Assembly: GCA_964552045.1 (NCBI GenBank) | Contig: CAZKFF010000006.1 | Coordinates: forward strand, 34,657 to 98,656 | Length of the DNA stretch: 64,000 bases | Source: an uncultured Candidatus Saccharibacteria bacterium | Lineage (GTDB): Bacteria > Patescibacteriota > Minisyncoccia > Phycocordibacterales > UBA918 | Reading direction: 5' to 3' | Part shown: positions 21,485-33,967 of the stretch, one piece after another | Layout: every line of letters starts with the position of its first letter | Numbering within the stretch: the first letter of the stretch is position 1 | The notes under the pieces: generated by a model | Database searches by the model: none | Seen by the model: only the letters and a program-made list of their open reading frames with translations | What the model was told of the DNA's origin: nothing | Translations under genes and position numbers: made by a program

Positions 21485-21864
21485 CCGACGAAGCATTTTT
21501 GAAACTGGTCGATGCGGGCATTGATGCGCTGCGGGATGATGTCAGGGAAAGAATGGGCAACGTCGCCATCGTCATCGCAGACGAGCCGAGCATCGAGCAA
21601 AAAGAAGAGAACCGCATCAAGGACACCGATGTGCTTTTCGGACTGTATGAAGGCGTGCCGCAAACGGAGCGGGGAGTCGAGGACTTCCCGATGCTTCCCG
21701 ATAAGATAACCATTTTCAAGAATGCCATCCTGCACGCGTACAGCGATCCTGAAGATATCCGGCAGTGCGTGGAGAACACGGTCTGGCATGAGGTCGCCCA
21801 CCATTTTGGCATGGATGAGGATGAGGTGGCACGAGAGGAGTTCAGACGGGGAAAGACCCTGTAG
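21481..21864 (+). CDS. Zincin-like metallopeptidase (minimal MMP-like domain)
   Basis: LFGLYEGVP, PDKITIF, HEVAHHFG. Confidence 0.9.
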   Translation: MTDEAFLKLVDAGIDALRDDVRERMGNVAIVIADEPSIEQKEENRIKDTDVLFGLYEGVPQTERGVEDFPMLPDKITIFKNAILHAYSDPEDIRQCVENTVWHEVAHHFGMDEDEVAREEFRRGKTL

Positions 21865-22164
21865 CTATGCTTCGGGAGTTTCTTTCCGGCCACCATTTCT
21901 GAGTTCGAAGAACAAGAGTACTCCGCCTCCAAGCGCACCGGCAAAGCCAAGCGGTACGCTGTAGAACACAAGCCAGCCGAACATCCCCATAAGCGAGAGC
22001 AGTCCTCCTATGTCGCCAAAGATGGTTGGACACATAGAGGTGCCCGACTCATCGAGTTGACATCCGAACAGAGACGCCGCAAGACCAGCCAGCAGGACGC
22101 TTGCCAGAGGAAGGATCGCAGTTATGATGCTGAGTATGAGGATTCCTATGGCTGCTTTTTTCAT
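21865..22164 (-). CDS. Small membrane protein
   Basis: Hydrophobic; GCQLDE....C loop between TM helices. Confidence 0.6.
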   Translation of the reverse strand: MKKAAIGILILSIITAILPLASVLLAGLAASLFGCQLDESGTSMCPTIFGDIGGLLSLMGMFGWLVFYSVPLGFAGALGGGVLLFFELRNGGRKETPEA

Positions 22165-22203
22165 GATGTGTAATGCGCTACTGCTAATAAATCTTGCGAT
22201 TTG

Positions 22204-22276
22204 AGCCACCTCGCAGGATCGAACTGCGGACCTTTGCGTTACGAATGCAATGCTCTACCAACTGAGCTAAGGTGGC
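22204..22276 (-). tRNA. tRNA-Thr(CGT)
   Basis: GCCACCTTAGCTCAGTTGGTAGAGC...TTCGTAA...GTTCGATCCTGCGAGGTGGCT. Confidence 0.93.
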
Positions 22277-22468
22277 GTGGCCTCTATCCTAGTATATGAG
22301 CACTTTGTTTTCAATGTATTATTTGGTATTCTTCCTGCGTCAGTTTGCAGCTACGAGTTCCACCTCTCTGCAAGCCGGCAGTGGCCACCGCGGTAGGACA
22401 ACGCCCATACAATGCGTTCGTTCAGCCAGGGTCTGCGACCGTTCTCCCCAGCGGTGGCCACTCTCTTC

Positions 22469-22541
22469 GCCAATGTAGCTCAGTTGGTAGAGCACGCCCA
22501 TGGTAAGGGCGAGGTCATCAGTTCAATCCTGATCATTGGCT
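22469..22541 (+). tRNA. tRNA-Thr(GGT)
   Basis: GCCAATG/CATTGGC acceptor, CGCCC-ATGGTAA-GGGCG anticodon arm. Confidence 0.95.
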
Positions 22542-22763
22542 CACTATGCAAACCCCGTAAGGGGTTTTTGCATATATGCCAGTGATCGCACATCTGTTTC
22601 TTTAGAAACAGGAGCAAGGATTGAAAAGCTTTTGAGATATTTCTGGAGTGCGCGACAGAAATAACCAAAAGGTGTACTGAAACGGTACGTTTCAATCCTG
22701 ATCATTGGCTCACTCCAAAAGCCCGCGAGGGCTTTTGCTTGTTATTTGCTATACTGCTGGTGC

Positions 22764-23186
22764 ATGGAGGTCATACGCCTGACAGTGGAAAATATTGGAG
22801 CGCATCTGCAGGACTGCCTTCGCTTGCAGCGCCAGCTCATTAAGCCGGAAGAAACACCGAGTGAAGCCCTTTTTATGCGTACTGCGGAAGATGATCGCAC
22901 GTACATGCTCGGCCTTATAGAGGATGAGCACCTGGTGGGGCTCGGCGTAGTCGGATGCCTTGTTCACCCGGCGCACATTACTGCACATATTGACAATGTG
23001 GTCGTCGACGCTGCATACCGCGGACGCGGTTATTTTACGGTCATCATGGGCGCGCTTGAAGCGCAGGCAGCGCACTGGGGAGCTGACGAAGTAACGCTCA
23101 CCTGCTCACGCCCCGCAGTGCAGCCTTTGTACCTCAGACGAGACTATAAAGAGCGGGACACTACATGCTATAAAAAGAAGATCTAA
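22764..23186 (+). CDS. GNAT family N-acetyltransferase
   Basis: [12 protein letters not shown] acetyl-CoA motif, LTCS...LY. Confidence 0.85.
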   Translation: MEVIRLTVENIGAHLQDCLRLQRQLIKPEETPSEALFMRTAEDDRTYMLGLIEDEHLVGLGVVGCLVHPAHITAHIDNVVVDAAYRGRGYFTVIMGALEAQAAHWGADEVTLTCSRPAVQPLYLRRDYKERDTTCYKKKI

Positions 23187-24061
23187 TGCCTGAGGATATT
23201 CAAAAACGCATTGATGAGATTGAACATGCAATGCTGCAGAATGATTTTTGGAAGGACCCGCAGAAAGCCCAGGCTCTGTTCAAAGAGCTCGAAGAGCTGA
23301 AGGACGCAAAAGCGGGCAAGGGCAAATATGACCGGAGCAACGCAGTCATCACGATTGTTGCGGGGGCCGGAGGGGACGATGCGGAAGACTTCGCACGCAT
23401 GCTCGCGCACATGTATCAAAAGTATGCTCAGAAACGCGGGTGGGGCGTTTTTGAGCTTGATGCCAATGCCAATGACCATAACGGCTATCGCAACGTCACG
23501 TTTGAAGTGAGCGGCAAAGAGGCATACGGGACACTGCAGCATGAGTCCGGCGTGCACCGTCTGGTGCGCATATCGCCGTTTAACAGTAACGGCAAGCGGC
23601 AGACCTCATTCGTGCTGGTTGAAGTCTCTCCGCAAGTGCAGAGCGCAGGCGAGGTCGGTATTGCAGAGGAAGACATTGAGGTGAGCTTTGCGCGCTCGGG
23701 AGGCGCGGGAGGGCAGAACGTGAACAAGCGGGAGACCGCGGTGCGCATTGTGCATATCCCGACGAACATCTCGGTCAATGTCTCAAGCGAGCGCAGCCAG
23801 ATGCAGAACCGGGAGCGGGCGCTCGCGCTCCTTGCCGGCAAGGTGTTCGCATTCCGCGAGGTGCAGCGCAAGCGCGAACTGCAGGGGCTTTCTGTTGAGA
23901 AAACGCTCAAAATAGAATGGGGAAGCCAGATCCGTTCGTATGTGCTCCATCCATACCAAATGGTCAAAGATCACCGCACCAACACCGAAACAGCGAAGAT
24001 CGACGCGGTTTTGAACGGGGATATACAGCTATTTCTAGACGCGAGTGCGGAACTAAAGTAA
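23186..24061 (+). CDS. prfB: Peptide chain release factor 2 (short N-terminus)
   Basis: [13 protein letters not shown] (SPF), [11 protein letters not shown] (GGQ), [13 protein letters not shown]. Confidence 0.95.
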   Translation: MPEDIQKRIDEIEHAMLQNDFWKDPQKAQALFKELEELKDAKAGKGKYDRSNAVITIVAGAGGDDAEDFARMLAHMYQKYAQKRGWGVFELDANANDHNGYRNVTFEVSGKEAYGTLQHESGVHRLVRISPFNSNGKRQTSFVLVEVSPQVQSAGEVGIAEEDIEVSFARSGGAGGQNVNKRETAVRIVHIPTNISVNVSSERSQMQNRERALALLAGKVFAFREVQRKRELQGLSVEKTLKIEWGSQIRSYVLHPYQMVKDHRTNTETAKIDAVLNGDIQLFLDASAELK

Positions 24062-24156
24062 AATGGGAAGCGTTGGTTATGAGTGTCGCCGCAGAGACGA
24101 TCTTCGCGTGTACGGGAAGGGTGGACAATGGCAACAGTGCATAACATTTTGTTTTT

Positions 24157-24837
24157 ATGATCTACTTCGATAATGTATCGAAACTGTACAACGGCGGTTC
24201 AATAGCACTTCAGGGTGTATCGTTCCAGGTTGCTCCGAAGGAGTTCGTATCCATCGTTGGACATTCAGGAGCGGGCAAGACCACGCTTCTGAAAATGCTC
24301 ATTGCTGAGGACAGGCCGACCGAGGGCCAGGTTTTCTTTGAATCACTCGACATACACAAGATACCCCGCACAAAACTTCCTAAATACCGGCGCAAGATCG
24401 GAACTGTCTTTCAGGACTTCAAACTGCTTCCGCACATGACCGCCTATGAGAACATCGCGTTTGCGATGGAAGCCAATGGCCGCTCCGACGAGGAGATCAA
24501 GGAGAATGTGCCACAGGCGCTCGCTCTGGTTGACCTTGAGGACAAGATATGGAATTTCCCCGGCGAGCTCTCCGGAGGAGAGAAGCAGCGTGTGGCGATC
24601 GCTCGTGCGATCGTCAACCAGCCGGACATCATCATTGCCGATGAGCCGACAGGGAACCTCGATCCGATCGCTACCTATGAAGTGGTACAGATACTCAAGA
24701 AGATCAATGACCTCGGTACGACAGTGATCATGACCACGCACAACAAGGGGGTCATTGATGAGCTTGAGCGCCGCGTCATTACCATGGACGAGGGCCGCAT
24801 CGTCCGCGACGACCAGGAAGGCAAATATGTTTTGTAA
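24157..24837 (+). CDS. ftsE: Cell division ATP-binding protein FtsE
   Basis: [31 protein letters not shown]; upstream of ftsX. Confidence 0.93.
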   Translation: MIYFDNVSKLYNGGSIALQGVSFQVAPKEFVSIVGHSGAGKTTLLKMLIAEDRPTEGQVFFESLDIHKIPRTKLPKYRRKIGTVFQDFKLLPHMTAYENIAFAMEANGRSDEEIKENVPQALALVDLEDKIWNFPGELSGGEKQRVAIARAIVNQPDIIIADEPTGNLDPIATYEVVQILKKINDLGTTVIMTTHNKGVIDELERRVITMDEGRIVRDDQEGKYVL

Positions 24838-24866
24838 ACGGGGATAATTTCAAGTATTAATTTTTT

Positions 24867-25787
24867 ATGTGGACAGCAACCAAGCGCGTAATACGATCAG
24901 GTTTTGTGGGGTTTTGGCGCAATGCGTTCGTTTCCATTGCCGCTATTTTTGTGATGACTGTGGCGCTGTTTGTGGTCGGGTCTACCATGATGATCGACAA
25001 GCTCCTTGATGTCTCGCTTGAGAATATCCAGAGCAAGGTCGACATCAATGTTTACTTCGTCACCACAGCTGAACAGTCGGATATCGACGCGCTGCGATCC
25101 TCGCTTGAGGCGCTTCCGGACGTTGCAGAAGTGACGTTCACCTCGCGCGAAGACGCACTCGCTGCGTTCTCGGAGCGGCACAAGAATGACGAGACAATCA
25201 TGCAGGGACTTGAGGAGCTCGGCGACAATCCGCTCGGTGCATCGCTTTCGATCCGCGCCAAGCAGACATCCCAGTACGAAGGCATAGCCCAGTTCTTAAG
25301 TGACCAGCAGGCCGCTGAAGACCCCCAGCGTCCGCTCATCGACGAGGTCAACTTCGTGAAGAACAAGGATGCTATTGATAAGCTTACGAACATCATCAAC
25401 GCCGTCGAGCGCTCCACGTGGGTGACGATGATCGTGCTTGTGGCGGCATCGGTGCTGATCACTTTCAATACCATCCGGCTTGCGATCTATACCTCGCGCG
25501 AGGAGATCGCGGTCATGCGTCTGGTTGGAGCAAGCAATACCTTCATTCGGGGACCTTTCATGCTCCAGGGGATCATGTACGGGATCGCCGCGGGAGTCGT
25601 GGCGCTCCTCGTCCTCTATCCGCTTATTCTATGGATCGGGCCTGAGACGCAGTCATTCTTCCAGTTCAATCTCTTCGACTATTTCGTATCTGATTTCCCG
25701 CGCATATTCGGCATCATTGTCGGCAGCGGCATTGTGCTCGGCATAGCATCGAGCATACTCGCCGTAGCGCGATATCTGCACGTTTAG
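24867..25787 (+). CDS. ftsX: Cell division permease FtsX
   Basis: NPL, NTIRLAIY..REEI.VMRLVGAS..FIRGPF. Confidence 0.93.
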   Translation: MWTATKRVIRSGFVGFWRNAFVSIAAIFVMTVALFVVGSTMMIDKLLDVSLENIQSKVDINVYFVTTAEQSDIDALRSSLEALPDVAEVTFTSREDALAAFSERHKNDETIMQGLEELGDNPLGASLSIRAKQTSQYEGIAQFLSDQQAAEDPQRPLIDEVNFVKNKDAIDKLTNIINAVERSTWVTMIVLVAASVLITFNTIRLAIYTSREEIAVMRLVGASNTFIRGPFMLQGIMYGIAAGVVALLVLYPLILWIGPETQSFFQFNLFDYFVSDFPRIFGIIVGSGIVLGIASSILAVARYLHV

Positions 25788-25803
25788 AAGTAAGTACAGC
25801 ATA

Positions 25804-27465
<1,662 letters not shown>

Positions 27466-27473
27466 TATCCAGT

Positions 27474-27752
27474 ATGTTTCAAGGGAATTGGACCTGCAGC
27501 ACCTGCGGCAAACCCATAACCGAACTGCCGTTCGAGCCGAGAAATGCCGCCGGGCTTACGTGCAGGGAGTGTTACGCAAAGGGGAAGGAAGGCCAGAGTG
27601 GAAATGCACAAGGTCAGACCGACCGCCCAAAGGTGGAAGGCAACTGGCAATGCAGCGGATGCGGCGCCACCATTACGAGCCTGCCGTTCACTCCACGCGA
27701 CACATCAAACCTTCTGTGCATCGACTGCTATAAACAGCGAAAAGCGGGATAA
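27474..27752 (+). CDS. Tandem CxxC-x17-CxxC zinc-ribbon protein
   Basis: Two repeats of GNW.CS.CG..IT.LPF.PR....L.C..CY. Confidence 0.85.
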   Translation: MFQGNWTCSTCGKPITELPFEPRNAAGLTCRECYAKGKEGQSGNAQGQTDRPKVEGNWQCSGCGATITSLPFTPRDTSNLLCIDCYKQRKAG

Positions 27753-27755
27753 AAA

Positions 27756-27801
27756 GAGCACATAAAAAGCACCGGTGCAGACTGGTGCTTTTTATGTGCT
27801 C
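27756..27801. terminator. Bidirectional terminator
   Basis: GAGCACATAAAAAGCACC...GGTGCTTTTTATGTGCTC between convergent genes. Confidence 0.75.
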
Positions 27802-27811
27802 AGAGCATTAC

Positions 27812-28177
27812 TCACGCCTCAACCTCCGCAGTGAAACCGCCATAGGCCAGACGCTTCATATCGAACGGCATCGGCATATCTGTTCCGGCATACTTTTCAT
27901 CAAAGTGCGCCATCACTTTCTTGTTGATCGCGTTTCGTTCTGCCTTGGACTTAAACACGATAAAGGAGAACCAAACCTCCTCGTTTTCTTTTGCTTTCGC
28001 CATCTTGGGGAATGTGAAGGATACGTGCGGGGGTGTCATATCCTCAGCCCGGCATTCTTTATATTCGAGCGCACCGAACTGCATCCACACACCCGCTGCT
28101 TCCTTCGCCATCTTTTTGTACGCTGCTTTGTTTTCCTTGGGTATCACCATTACAAAACCATCGACGTATGTTGCCAT
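27812..28177 (-). CDS. DUF1428 family protein
   Basis: YVDGFV, GALEYKEC, MPFDMKRLAYGGF. Confidence 0.9.
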   Translation of the reverse strand: MATYVDGFVMVIPKENKAAYKKMAKEAAGVWMQFGALEYKECRAEDMTPPHVSFTFPKMAKAKENEEVWFSFIVFKSKAERNAINKKVMAHFDEKYAGTDMPMPFDMKRLAYGGFTAEVEA

Positions 28178-28312
28178 ATGCATGTGCTATGTTGATAATG
28201 AGCATAGTGTACCAGACATGCGTCTGAGGTATGCATGAAGAAATGCATCAACGGGAGCCTCCCCTGGACCGCGAAATTGTGCTATTCTGGTGCCCGCTGC
28301 AGCTGCATATTT

Positions 28313-28383
28313 TGGGGTATCGTCTAATGGTAGGACATCAGGTTTTGGTCCTGAGTATCGAGGTTCGAATCCTTGTACCCCAG
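28313..28383 (+). tRNA. tRNA-Gln(TTG)
   Basis: TGGGGTA/TACCCCA acceptor, TCAGG-TTTTGGT-CCTGA arm. Confidence 0.95.
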
Positions 28384-28641
28384 CTCGTACTAAAAAACGC
28401 CAGTCTTGTACTGGTGTTTTTTAGTGCGTACAGCGGAAGGGTAGAGGATGAGAAAAGGTTGCCAGCTATTTTGAAAAAATAGCGACAACCTGTACAGATT
28501 CTGTAAGAATCGAATCCTTGTACCCCAGCTGTTAAGAAAAAACTCCCGACGAGGGAGTTTTTTCTGTTTACAAGCTGGAGGTCAGCATACATTATTATCG
28601 TAAAGAAACCGCCCCCACGGGGAGGGCGGTTGTTGCATGGC

Positions 28642-29126
28642 CTAGTTGAGGGGGTCCACGTGGAGACCACTTTCCCGTCGATGATGACCTGATTCGGAAA
28701 ACGATCGAAGACGCAGCCCTTTCGCGCCGCGCACGCCTCCTCAGGAGTCAGCATGCGTGACGGACGCGAGAAGTGGCCGAGCTCGGACGTCTGCAGTACC
28801 ACGAGGACTGTCAACAGGTCCTGGCACCTGACGCGTTCCCCGGTGTCGCTTTGCGCGATAAGGAGGAACAGGTAGCTCCCCGCCGGCGCTTTGAGCACCG
28901 CGGTGTCGCTTGTCTTAGTGTCCTCCGGCAGATCGATGAGGCTGCTCACCCAGAGGTGGGTGGCGCCGGAGGTTTCCCAGACGACCGTGATCTCCTCGCC
29001 TACTTCCGCGCGCGAGGGTTCGATGACGATCGAGCAGGAAAGTGATGCGGGTTCCTGTGCCGATGCCGTTGTGTACGGCAGAACGGCGACGAAGAGGGCG
29101 ATCAGAAACAGAGCGGTATGACGCAT
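28642..29126 (-). CDS. Secreted Ig-like protein (3' end uncertain)
   Basis: Signal peptide (ASA-Q) and beta-rich domain; the ORF reads through a terminator into the antisense tRNA, with an out-of-frame TAG at 28642-28644. Confidence 0.5.
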
Positions 29127-29274
29127 GTGATGGCCTCAGCGTGTTGATGGAAGATCGTGACTACCGATCGCTACTGTAACATGAAAACCTGTTTTGTAAA
29201 TAGAATCTCCGACGACCCGAAGTTGTTCCAGGCCGGCAACAGAAAACCCACCGGGGTAGATTTTCCGTGGTGGG

Positions 29275-29538
29275 TCAGTGAACAAGCGAAGGTATGCCGA
29301 TCTCGCTTACGATGAGAAATACTGGCACCTCACTGCTCTTGATCGGCACTGCCAGCTGATTACGGTGATCGTAGAACATGCTGCAGGGCTCGCCGAGAAC
29401 GACGGTACTGCCCATTTCGAGGTAGTCGCCTGTTCTGGCCAGTTGCTTGCCGCAGACAATCCGGAAAGTCCGGACATCTTGCGGAATGGTGATCTCTTTC
29501 TCCATTTCTGCCTCCGTTAGCTCAGAGCATATAACCAT
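29275..29538 (-). CDS. Hypothetical protein
   Basis: 87-aa ORF with coding-like composition followed by a hairpin. Confidence 0.45.
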   Translation of the reverse strand: MVICSELTEAEMEKEITIPQDVRTFRIVCGKQLARTGDYLEMGSTVVLGEPCSMFYDHRNQLAVPIKSSEVPVFLIVSEIGIPSLVH

Positions 29539-29618
29539 CCGTGTTCTTTCCTGTCAATAGCGAACAAGCGCACCTGTCACCGCTGATTTTGCATGCATGT
29601 GAGTGTACAATCGGAGCA

Positions 29619-30248
29619 ATGGAAGGAGATCATGCAAGATTCCTGGTAGATGCATCGGCTATATTTCTTTTTGGTTCTGTCTGGTTTGGCGCATGCGTCT
29701 TCCTTTGGGTGAAGAAAGAAAAGCGCTTCGTCTATCTGCTGTTCTTCACGCTATTTTGCATCTACCTCTATAAGGTTCTCGATCATACCCTGTTCCAATT
29801 CCAATCGCTGCTTCTTTTGAGGTACTTTATCCCGGACCTCATGCTCAGGGGACTCCCTGCTGAAGAAAGCGTGAATCTTGTTCCGCTTGTGACGCTCACC
29901 TTCGAAGACCTCCGGACCTCACTTCTTAATATCCTGCTCCTGATGCCGTTCGGATTCGGGTTGCCGTTTGTAACGGGTCTTCGTATGAAACAGGCAGTCA
30001 TCGCTGGAGCGATCTTCAGCATCTGTATCGAGCTGTTGCAGTTCCTGTCAGGATTTGCGGCAGATGTGACGTTCCGGATCGCCGACATCAATGACGTGAT
30101 CTTCAATACCGCCGGTGCGGCACTCGGCTACATGCTTTTTATCGCATTCGTGCGGGTCTGCCGCCGCGCATTCAGCAAGGGGTGGGTGCAAGAAAATCCG
30201 ATCCTGCAGCATATAACGCAACGGCCGCAGGCAGATGCACATCGTTAA
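29619..30248 (+). CDS. VanZ-like membrane protein
   Basis: NLVP, NILLLMPFG, IELLQ, DINDVIFNTAG. Confidence 0.9.
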   Translation: MEGDHARFLVDASAIFLFGSVWFGACVFLWVKKEKRFVYLLFFTLFCIYLYKVLDHTLFQFQSLLLLRYFIPDLMLRGLPAEESVNLVPLVTLTFEDLRTSLLNILLLMPFGFGLPFVTGLRMKQAVIAGAIFSICIELLQFLSGFAADVTFRIADINDVIFNTAGAALGYMLFIAFVRVCRRAFSKGWVQENPILQHITQRPQADAHR

Positions 30249-30294
30249 CCACTGCCTCCTTAACAGGCGCGTACAGGAACGGTACTATACACCC

Positions 30295-30870
30295 ATGAAA
30301 AACAACACTGCGAGTACAAAGAAATTGTCCGGAGAAGAGCGGGTGGCACTGCTCGGCATCCTCAGGGAGCGTTTTGAAAAAAACATGAGCCGGCATAAAG
30401 GCCTCGTGTGGGAAGCGGTGGAGGCGAAGCTCAAAGTAAGCCCCAAGAAACTCTGGTCGCTTTCTGAGATGGAAAGAACCGGCGGCGAGCCGGATGTCAT
30501 AGGCAAAGATAGGAAAACGGGAGAGTTCGTCTTCTGCGACTGTTCGGAAGAAAGCCCCAAGGGACGCCGCAGCGCTTGTTATGACCGAGCGGCACAGACC
30601 TCACGGAAAGAGCACGCGCCGGAACGCAATGCGGTTGATATGGCTTCAGGGATGGGCATACAGCTTTTGACAGAGGAACAGTACCGCGCACTGCAGAAGC
30701 TCGGTGCTTTCGATTTGAAGACCTCAAGCTGGGTGGCGACTCCCGCTCCTATCAGAAAACTCGGCGGCGCGCTCTATTGCGACCGCCGCTACGATACGGT
30801 CTTTACGTACCACAACGGTGCGGAGTCGTACTATGCCGCGCGGGGATTCCGCGGGGAGCTGCGGGTCTGA
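30295..30870 (+). CDS. DUF4256 family protein
   Basis: RFEKNMSRH, MERTGGEPDV, YHNGAESYYAARGFRG. Confidence 0.85.
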   Translation: MKNNTASTKKLSGEERVALLGILRERFEKNMSRHKGLVWEAVEAKLKVSPKKLWSLSEMERTGGEPDVIGKDRKTGEFVFCDCSEESPKGRRSACYDRAAQTSRKEHAPERNAVDMASGMGIQLLTEEQYRALQKLGAFDLKTSSWVATPAPIRKLGGALYCDRRYDTVFTYHNGAESYYAARGFRGELRV

Positions 30871-31028
30871 TACGAACTGAGTGTCTGATAGGCGCTGCTC
30901 ATTTTACGCCCCAAAATAAGGCTATTATGAATATTCTATGAAGTAAGAGACGACCTAGTGATACGTCACTAGGAAGGCAGGTCGACATGATTAGACGTTA
31001 AACTTACAAGCTTAACAACTAAAAACAT

Positions 31029-32378
31029 ATGATCTTAGAGAGTATAGCATCATCTCTACTTGCCTCAGTGCTCGCCTTGACCTCGTTTGGCGGCGCTGTC
31101 GATTCGATCAAGTCTGCAATACCGCACGCGTCCGCGCAGGTGGAACAGTCGGCGGATATACAGCTTAATCGGGATCGAAACTCGTGGAATGATTGGAGAG
31201 GAACCAGAGCAGTTATACAGGACATAGACCCGGAGGAAGGCTCTACCGGAACCACCGTCACCCTTACCGGAAAGCGATTCGGTGACGATAATATTGTCCG
31301 GTTCGGCAAAGGAGCAATAGACAACCCGACCGTTTCTGATGACGGTACTACGCTCACCTTTGTCGTTCCTGAAGAGATGGGACGATACTGCCCGCCGTGG
31401 CGCTTCTGTACGGAAATAGCGTTTGACGTAGACCCGGGCACGTACAACGTCCGCGTGCAGGACGGACAGAGAACAAGCAATACAGTGCAGTTTGAGGTGA
31501 CCGAAGGAACCACTACTCCGCAGGAACCGCTCACTATCAGCGGAATAGACGGACCCTCAATGCTCGCTGCAGGAGAGGAGGGAACTTGGAAAGTGGACGT
31601 AGAGAGCAACGGCGAGGGCAATCTCCAATACTCAGTGAAATGGGGAGATGAGGGCTGGAGTCCGTTCCGACTCTTCGGTGCGGATGAAATGGTGCAGTCA
31701 TCGGCGATCTTCACGCACACCTATGCGAACGAAGGAACCTACTATCCTGAGTTTATGGTGACAGATGAAGACGGCAATGAGGTGTCGGCAACAACCACCG
31801 TTGTGGTGGGCGATGATGAGGACACAGCGGTGCCGTACATCACAAAACTCGTGCCCGCTTCAGCAGAAGCTGGAGAGACTGTGACGATTACCGGTCAGGG
31901 CTTCGATGAAGACAGTACGGTCGCTGTGGGAACTACCTCGGCTGTGAACGTGGATGTTGCAAGCAGCACGCAGATCACGTTCGAAGCTCCCGATCTCACA
32001 CTCGCAACCTATGCAGTGACCGTAACCGACAATGATGGCACCAGCAATACGGCAGACCTGCAGATCGTCGACAATGGAAAGGTTTCGATCTCTGGAGTTG
32101 ACGCACCAGTGAAACTTACTGTCGGTGAAGCGGGATCATGGACGGTCCATGCCGCAACCAATACTTCCGGAAACCTCATGTATTCTGTGGACTGGGGAGA
32201 GGAAGACCTGATGATGGCGCGCATGCTGTCTGATGACGAGATGACGCAGGCATCCGCTTCATTCACCCACACGTACAGCACTGAAGGCACATATTACCCG
32301 AAGTTCACCGTGACTGATGAGGAAGGACACACAGCTTCGGTAAGTGCATCAGTTGTCGTGGTAGACAGCAACGAATAG
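31029..32378 (+). CDS. Secreted IPT/TIG plus PKD repeat surface protein
   Basis: Signal peptide; two (IPT + Y.V.WG...FTHTY..EGTYYP.F.VTD) units. Confidence 0.8.
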   Translation: MILESIASSLLASVLALTSFGGAVDSIKSAIPHASAQVEQSADIQLNRDRNSWNDWRGTRAVIQDIDPEEGSTGTTVTLTGKRFGDDNIVRFGKGAIDNPTVSDDGTTLTFVVPEEMGRYCPPWRFCTEIAFDVDPGTYNVRVQDGQRTSNTVQFEVTEGTTTPQEPLTISGIDGPSMLAAGEEGTWKVDVESNGEGNLQYSVKWGDEGWSPFRLFGADEMVQSSAIFTHTYANEGTYYPEFMVTDEDGNEVSATTTVVVGDDEDTAVPYITKLVPASAEAGETVTITGQGFDEDSTVAVGTTSAVNVDVASSTQITFEAPDLTLATYAVTVTDNDGTSNTADLQIVDNGKVSISGVDAPVKLTVGEAGSWTVHAATNTSGNLMYSVDWGEEDLMMARMLSDDEMTQASASFTHTYSTEGTYYPKFTVTDEEGHTASVSASVVVVDSNE

Positions 32379-32508
32379 TTGCCTGAGCCGCAGGCATGCA
32401 CGAGAACAGGAAGCGTATTGCTTCCTGTTCTTTGTATGGTGTACACGGCAGGCAGCAGCTTCGTTTGTGCAGAGAGGATGTTATGATAGCCTGCTCACAC
32501 TTATATTT

Positions 32509-33912
32509 ATGACTGAATCAATACATCATCAGGAGGGACGCGTCCTTACACACGGGAATATCCGCAGGCAGCTCTGGTCACTTGCATGGCCCATCATGCT
32601 GTCGATCTTCTTTTATACGCTCTACAACATCGTGGACGCGTTTTGGGTAAGCAAGCTTTCGGCTGAGGCGATCGCGGCGGTGAGCATCTCCCAGATATCG
32701 CTCTTTATCATGGTTTCGCTCAGCATGGGCATCACCGCAGGGTCGGGAGTTTTGATGGCGATGCATATTGGAGCAAATGAAAAAGAGGAAGCAGAACGCG
32801 TGCTCGGTCAGTCATTCCTCCTCTCTGCGGTTGTCGGATTGGCATTCACCATTATTGCGTTGTTGTCCCGGAACGAGCTCCTCGTGCTTTCAGGCGCGAC
32901 CGGAACCATTTTAGAGCCGGCACTTGAATACTTCGTGGTCACCGCTGCCGGTTCAATGTTGCTGTTTTTGATGATGACCGTCAACTTTGCCTTTAACGCG
33001 CAGGGGGATACATTCAGCCTCACCAAACTGTTCGCTATTTCAGCGCTCGTCAATGCCGCGCTTGACCCGCTTATGATCTTCGGATGGCTCGGATTTCCAG
33101 CCCTCGGCATCTCCGGCGCCGCATACGCAACGCTCATTTCGCAGGCGATCTTTCTGGTGATGGCGTACCGGAAACTCGCAAGCCCTGACATGATGGTGCG
33201 CTTCTATTTCCGCAATCTGACATTTGTCTGGGAATCGGTACAGAAAGTTCTCAATATCGGCATTCCCGCGTCACTTACGCAGGTGATCAACCCAATTGGA
33301 GTGGCTGCGCTCATGTTCATTGTCGCTCTCGGATTCCAAGAGGCGGGCACGATCGCGTTCAGTATCGGTTCACGGGTTGAGTTCTTCGCATTTCTGCCGG
33401 CGATCGGCTTCGGCTTCGGTGCGATGTCGCTCATTGGCCAGAACATCGGCGCAGGGGACATTGCCCGTGCGCGCGAAGCGTTCCGCACATCGCTTCTATA
33501 CGGCGCGGGCGCATCCGCCGGGTTCGGCGTGCTCTGCATGCTGCTGGCGGTGCCGATCACCCGTATCTTCACGACCGATCCTTTGGTGACCGAATATTCA
33601 CTTTCATACATCTGGGTAGTCGCCTGCAGCTATGCCTTCATGTCGGCTTCGATGGTCGAGGCGAGCGCGTTCCAGGCGATCGGCCGTTCCTGGCCGGGAT
33701 TCTGGATCCTTTTCATCCGTTTCATTGGTGTATCCCTGCCGCTTGCCTATGTGCTCACGCAGATCTTCGTACTGCCGCTATGGGGCGTGTGGCTCGGGAT
33801 CGTTGCGGGGAATGTTGTCGCATCGCTTGTCGGGTACGTATGGATCACTCACACGCTGCGGAAGTTCGATGCCGACGACGCTCCGGTGCACGCGGAGGTA
33901 CCTGCACTGTAG
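32509..33912 (+). CDS. MATE family efflux transporter
   Basis: LAWPI, YNIVDAFWV, LDPLMIFG, GQNIGAG; about 12 TM. Confidence 0.93.
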   Translation: MTESIHHQEGRVLTHGNIRRQLWSLAWPIMLSIFFYTLYNIVDAFWVSKLSAEAIAAVSISQISLFIMVSLSMGITAGSGVLMAMHIGANEKEEAERVLGQSFLLSAVVGLAFTIIALLSRNELLVLSGATGTILEPALEYFVVTAAGSMLLFLMMTVNFAFNAQGDTFSLTKLFAISALVNAALDPLMIFGWLGFPALGISGAAYATLISQAIFLVMAYRKLASPDMMVRFYFRNLTFVWESVQKVLNIGIPASLTQVINPIGVAALMFIVALGFQEAGTIAFSIGSRVEFFAFLPAIGFGFGAMSLIGQNIGAGDIARAREAFRTSLLYGAGASAGFGVLCMLLAVPITRIFTTDPLVTEYSLSYIWVVACSYAFMSASMVEASAFQAIGRSWPGFWILFIRFIGVSLPLAYVLTQIFVLPLWGVWLGIVAGNVVASLVGYVWITHTLRKFDADDAPVHAEVPAL

Positions 33913-33967
33913 ACCACCGCGATGTGCTACTATAGCCCGAGTACCAGCTCTCACACAGGAGGCCATT

